In this document: one piece after another, positions 60,377-64,000 of the stretch
How positions within the stretch are numbered: the first letter of the stretch is position 1
Layout: every line of letters starts with the position of its first letter
NCBI GenBank assembly: GCA_034422515.1
Contig: DAOUJP010000007.1
Span: 21,175 to 85,174 of the forward strand
Source of the DNA: Chloroflexota bacterium
GTDB lineage: Bacteria > Chloroflexota > UBA11872 > UBA12225 > JAJDUF01
Direction: 5' to 3'
DNA: 64,000 bases
Notes under the pieces: generated by a model
Databases searched by the model: none
Told to the model about the DNA's origin: nothing
Seen by the model: only the letters and a program-made list of their open reading frames with translations
Program-made: the position numbers and the translations under genes

Positions 60377-61120
60377 TCAGTCCCGCGTCCGGCGCTCGCC
60401 GCGGTGCAGCCAGCGGATGCGGAGCAAGTCCCACAGGACCCGCGCGGCGTGAGGGAGCGTCACGCGCATCCGTGAGCCACCGGCGTTCGTCCACCGGACG
60501 GGTACCTCGCGCACCCGGTAACCGCTTCGTTGGGCGAGGTGGAGTAGCTCCACGTCGAAGACGATACTCTCGACCTTCATACGCGCAAACACCTCGCGGG
60601 CAACGTCGCCGCGCAGGGCCTTGAATCCGGCTTGGGTATCGCCGATGCCACGGACCGCGACCAGCGCGGCCAGAGCATGGAAGAGCTTGCCGAACGCCCG
60701 CCGGTAGCGCGGCTGACTCGCCCGCATGTCCGTCCCGTCGGCTTGGCGCCGAGAGCCAATCGTGATCTCGCCCTCGCCGGCTTCCAGTGGGTGCAGGACC
60801 CGCGACAACTCGGTGATGGGTGTAGAGAAGTCGGCGTCCGAGAACAGCACGTACTCGCCGCGCGATGCCAAGATCGCTGCCCGTACTGCGGCCCCTTTCC
60901 CCCGGTTCCGGCGCAAGCGGACCAGCCGCACGCCCCGGTGGGCGTAGTCCTCCACCAGCTCGGCCGTGCGGTCGGTCGAGCCGTCGTCGCAGACGACGAC
61001 CTCAAAGGTCTGCGGCCAGGTAGCAAGCATCGCCAGGGCGCGGTCAAGCGCTTGGGGCAGGCGATGCTCTTCGTTGAAGGCGGCAATGGCCACCGTCAGA
61101 TAGGGCCTGTTCTCAGGCAT
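60377..61120 (-). CDS. Glycosyltransferase family 2 (dolichyl-phosphate glucosyltransferase-like)
   Basis: AIAAFNEEHRL, DDGSTD, GKGAAV, FSDADFS, DTQAGFK, FDVELL. Confidence 0.9.
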   Translation of the reverse strand: MPENRPYLTVAIAAFNEEHRLPQALDRALAMLATWPQTFEVVVCDDGSTDRTAELVEDYAHRGVRLVRLRRNRGKGAAVRAAILASRGEYVLFSDADFSTPITELSRVLHPLEAGEGEITIGSRRQADGTDMRASQPRYRRAFGKLFHALAALVAVRGIGDTQAGFKALRGDVAREVFARMKVESIVFDVELLHLAQRSGYRVREVPVRWTNAGGSRMRVTLPHAARVLWDLLRIRWLHRGERRTRD

Positions 61121-61195
61121 CAGGCTGCCGTGGAGCCAAGGGCGGAAGCGGCATAGCCACTCCCGCGGTGCGAGGCGGGCGGCCGGCCGCCCGTC

Positions 61196-62089
61196 CTACT
61201 TCAAGGTTTCGAGGTAGACGGCGATGGCTTGCAGGCGATTCTCGGGCAACGGATACGGCGGCATCTGCGAGCCTTTCTTGATCCCGGGCGGATTCTGTAT
61301 CCAGCGCACGACGTTCTCGCGGTTGAAGGGCAGCACACCGGCAATCTGGCGGCTGGCAATGCCGTCGAGCGCCGGGGCTGCGACGCCGATAGCATCGGTC
61401 CCCTCGATGGCGTGGCAGGCGCCGCAGACGGAGACGGTGAGTACCTTGCCTAGCTCTTCCTCGCTCTCGGTGGGCTGTGCCGTCGGCGTCGCCAGCTGCT
61501 CTGCTTCGGCGAAGTGCGCCACCATCTCCCACTCACCACTCATGATGAGCGCCACCAACTCGTTAATCATCTCGTAGTTGAGCGGCCCGCCGTTCTCCAG
61601 TCCCCATCCCACCATCGGCGTATCTTCTCGTCCGTTCTGGATCGTCTTGTAGAGGAACGCGCGCGTCTCCTCGTAGGCTTCGGCGTTGTCGGGCGTATTT
61701 TCGATCTGGAATGCCCCGGTGTTGAGCGGCCGCCCGATATAGACCCCCGGCCCACCTTCCAGGAAGCCCTGGCCATCCAGTCCGTGACAGCTCATGCAGA
61801 GGCTGACGTAGGAGTGCGCCCCCCGCTCGACCAAGAAATCGTGCTGCACGGCGGCCGCGGCCTCCTGCCGGCCCGGTTCGTTGGCCGCGTAGGCGATCAT
61901 CAGCAGAAAAGTCTCTATGATGAGCACTACCCCGAACAGGAGCTTGCGGCCGTTGCCCTGGGTCAGGGGCAGGTCCACTTCCTGCTCACTCCCCGTTTCC
62001 GGCACCTCCACCCGCCGGCGGCGCCAAGAATCGAGAATCACGGCCACGGGAAAGATCAGTGCCACTGCGACGATGACGAATGTGAGCAC
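61196..62089 (-). CDS. Membrane-anchored di-haem c-type cytochrome
   Basis: Two N-terminal TM helices; CMSCH and CGACH; distal Met candidates PMVGW and SQMP. Confidence 0.88.
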   Translation of the reverse strand: MLTFVIVAVALIFPVAVILDSWRRRRVEVPETGSEQEVDLPLTQGNGRKLLFGVVLIIETFLLMIAYAANEPGRQEAAAAVQHDFLVERGAHSYVSLCMSCHGLDGQGFLEGGPGVYIGRPLNTGAFQIENTPDNAEAYEETRAFLYKTIQNGREDTPMVGWGLENGGPLNYEMINELVALIMSGEWEMVAHFAEAEQLATPTAQPTESEEELGKVLTVSVCGACHAIEGTDAIGVAAPALDGIASRQIAGVLPFNRENVVRWIQNPPGIKKGSQMPPYPLPENRLQAIAVYLETLK

Positions 62090-62158
62090 CTAATGCTCCT
62101 TCATCGAGAAGTTGGGCGGCCGCCTCCCGGCGCCGCCAATGGTATGTTCGAGTTATCC

Positions 62159-62689
62159 CTAGACTGGCGTGACGTGCTCGGCCTCGTGCTTCGAGCGTAG
62201 CTGGATGTCTCCCGTATCCACGAGCACCTCGCCATTGTCAATCCTGGTCGTCATGTAGTCAAGTGGCCGCGGCGCCGGCCCGTAGATAAGCTGTCCGTTG
62301 GGCAGGTACGTCGAGCCGTGACACGGGCACCGGAACAGCCCCGTGATGTCTTTCCCCTCGTAGTCCCACGTGAAGGTCTCGCGCCAGGGCACGGTGCAGC
62401 CCAGGTGGGGGCACGTCTGGAACAAGGCGATGAACCCTTGGGCTAACCGCACCAGGTAGAATTTCCCGTCAATCTTGTAAGTCACGGAGCCGACCGCATA
62501 GTCGTCAGCGTTGCCCATCGAGATGACGCTGCCGAAAGCGCCGCGCTTGCGCGGCCAGAAGAACACGACAAAAGCGACGAGGGCTTGCAGAGTGAGCAGG
62601 CTCATGGTGCCGAGGCCGAATATGGCCAGTATGCCGCGCCGGGGCACGGTCGCTCCCCCGCCGCCCCGGGCTGCCGCTGCTGTTGCCAT
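62159..62689 (-). CDS. Rieske [2Fe-2S] protein of a bc/b6f-type complex
   Basis: Tat-like RRGIL plus TM helix; CPHLGC and CPCHGS boxes; GPAPRPL. Confidence 0.93.
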   Translation of the reverse strand: MATAAAARGGGGATVPRRGILAIFGLGTMSLLTLQALVAFVVFFWPRKRGAFGSVISMGNADDYAVGSVTYKIDGKFYLVRLAQGFIALFQTCPHLGCTVPWRETFTWDYEGKDITGLFRCPCHGSTYLPNGQLIYGPAPRPLDYMTTRIDNGEVLVDTGDIQLRSKHEAEHVTPV

Positions 62690-62742
62690 CAACTTTTCTC
62701 CTGTACCTCGTACCGAGGTGAACTGTGAACTGTTGCCCGGCG

Positions 62743-63813
62743 TTAGGCCTGGCGTGGCGGTAACGCCCACGGCCAGAAAAGCTCCATGCCCGGCCCGCGC
62801 ATCGCGGTGCCGATGAAGGTCAGCACCAACCACGCCACCACGAAGCCGGTGAAATAGGCGATCATCACCTCACGGATCGTCGGCCTGAACGGACGGATGA
62901 TAAACCATATCGCGTAGGAGAAGACGAACATAACCACCGTGGGGATAATGACCTCGGGCACCATGCCGATGCGTAGCTCCGGGTTAATGGCGCCCATCAG
63001 CTCGCGCACGCCGATATAGTAGTCGAATACCACCAAGCCGATGGTGACGATGGCGGTATAGATCGCGATCACAATCGCAATCTTCTTGCCGACGGGTGAG
63101 GTAAACCAGTGTCCGGTCTCCTCCGAGTTCACGTCAATGTAGGGAATCGCCGCGAGCATAATCAGGATGATCGTCGGCACGATCACGCCCGCCAGCCCGG
63201 GGTGCATGTGCAGAAGCAACTCCTGCAAATTCATGAAGTACCAGGGCGCCTTGGAGGGGTTCGGCGTGCGGTTGGGGTTGGAGTGCTCTTCCAGCGGAGC
63301 ATTGATGAACCAGGACATCACGATCAGGCCGACGGTCAATAGCGCGGTCGCCAAGAACTCCGGCATCAGCAGGTGCGGCCAGACCGTCACGTTGACCTGC
63401 GCGCGCCGCGCCGCCGAACGGAGTGCAGCGGCCGATGAAGCGGCGCCAGTGGTCCGCCGCGCCGGCCGCCGCCGTGCTGCTGCCGGTCGTGCGGCGGCCG
63501 TGGCCGGCGCCGCTGCTGGGGCGGCCGCCGCGGCTGTCGTTGTGGCTGCCGCCGGTGCGGCCTCCGTTGCCGCCGCGGCCGCCGCCGGCCGCCGGCGCCG
63601 CCGCCGCAGTGGTGCTTCCCGACCGCAATCGGGGGTGAGACAGGTGTTGTTGTTCGCCTCCCACGCGCTGGCGTGGTGGGGGTTCTTGCACTGCGTGCAG
63701 AACACCACCTCCTCGCCGACCGCAATCGCCGTATCTTCCCCGGGCGGAGTCGTCCCAATCCAGGGTGACTTGTCGTTTGCGGTGCTCACAGTGAGCGGGC
63801 GCGGTCCACTCAT
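62743..63813 (-). CDS. Cytochrome b subunit IV (PetD-like) with N-terminal RING-like Zn domain and Ala/Arg linker
   Basis: VWPHLL, APLEEHSNPNRTPNPSKAPWYF (PEWY equivalent), LLAAIPYID-type helix; N-terminal CTQC..PHH..W....C....C. Confidence 0.85.
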   Translation of the reverse strand: MSGPRPLTVSTANDKSPWIGTTPPGEDTAIAVGEEVVFCTQCKNPHHASAWEANNNTCLTPDCGREAPLRRRRRRPAAAAAATEAAPAAATTTAAAAAPAAAPATAAARPAAARRRPARRTTGAASSAAALRSAARRAQVNVTVWPHLLMPEFLATALLTVGLIVMSWFINAPLEEHSNPNRTPNPSKAPWYFMNLQELLLHMHPGLAGVIVPTIILIMLAAIPYIDVNSEETGHWFTSPVGKKIAIVIAIYTAIVTIGLVVFDYYIGVRELMGAINPELRIGMVPEVIIPTVVMFVFSYAIWFIIRPFRPTIREVMIAYFTGFVVAWLVLTFIGTAMRGPGMELFWPWALPPRQA

Positions 63814-63864
63814 AACTCTTCTCCACAGCAGTTGATAGTCAACGTACCCCTCTCCCCCTGAGTC

Positions 63865-64000
63865 CTAGAGAGGCTGCGAAAGACCGCCGTCCTGGCGCAC
63901 GCGCCAGAAGTGTACCGCCAGGAACACGGCCAGCAAGAGCGGCAACGCGATGACGTGCAAGGTATACCAGCGGATCAGCGTATTGCCGCCGATTTGGGCA
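63865..64000 (-). CDS. Cytochrome b6-type (PetB-like) subunit, C-terminal end only
   Basis: Manual translation: ...IGGNTLIRWYTLHVIALPLLLAVFLAVHFWRVRQDGGLSQPL*, with two haem-ligand His 15 residues apart. Confidence 0.88.
   Translation of the reverse strand, partial: AQIGGNTLIRWYTLHVIALPLLLAVFLAVHFWRVRQDGGLSQPL

Overview
High-GC bacterial chromosomal segment with about 55 protein-coding genes. The gene set and intergenic repeats suggest a Chloroflexota-like heterotroph (inference only). I see no rRNA, tRNA, CRISPR array, integrase or transposase. Metabolic blocks: a sugar-acid catabolic cluster, a biotin-dependent acyl-CoA carboxylase operon, a form II CO-dehydrogenase-like cluster (S-L-M-L), a split cytochrome b/Rieske/cytochrome c operon, two threonine synthase paralogues, and GMC and other oxidoreductases. 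Defence genes sit singly between these: VapBC, Fic, GmrSD, and an EcoRV-like RM pair inside the carboxylase operon. Top observations: (1) a DUSP23-like protein split by the ORF track at an in-frame TGA that falls exactly on the catalytic Cys, followed by a SECIS-like hairpin and lacking the P-loop Arg, so a probable selenoprotein (26032-26508); (2) a BtrH-like pseudo-peptidase with a basic N-terminal domain behind a multi-hairpin leader; (3) a half-degenerate prokaryotic RING-like Zn domain fused to cytochrome b subunit IV; (4) an orphan ABC solute-binding lipoprotein with a collagen-like stalk, flanked by a decayed direct repeat. Several REP-like palindrome families occupy intergenic spaces. 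Many ORF-track starts were trimmed to the likely real start.
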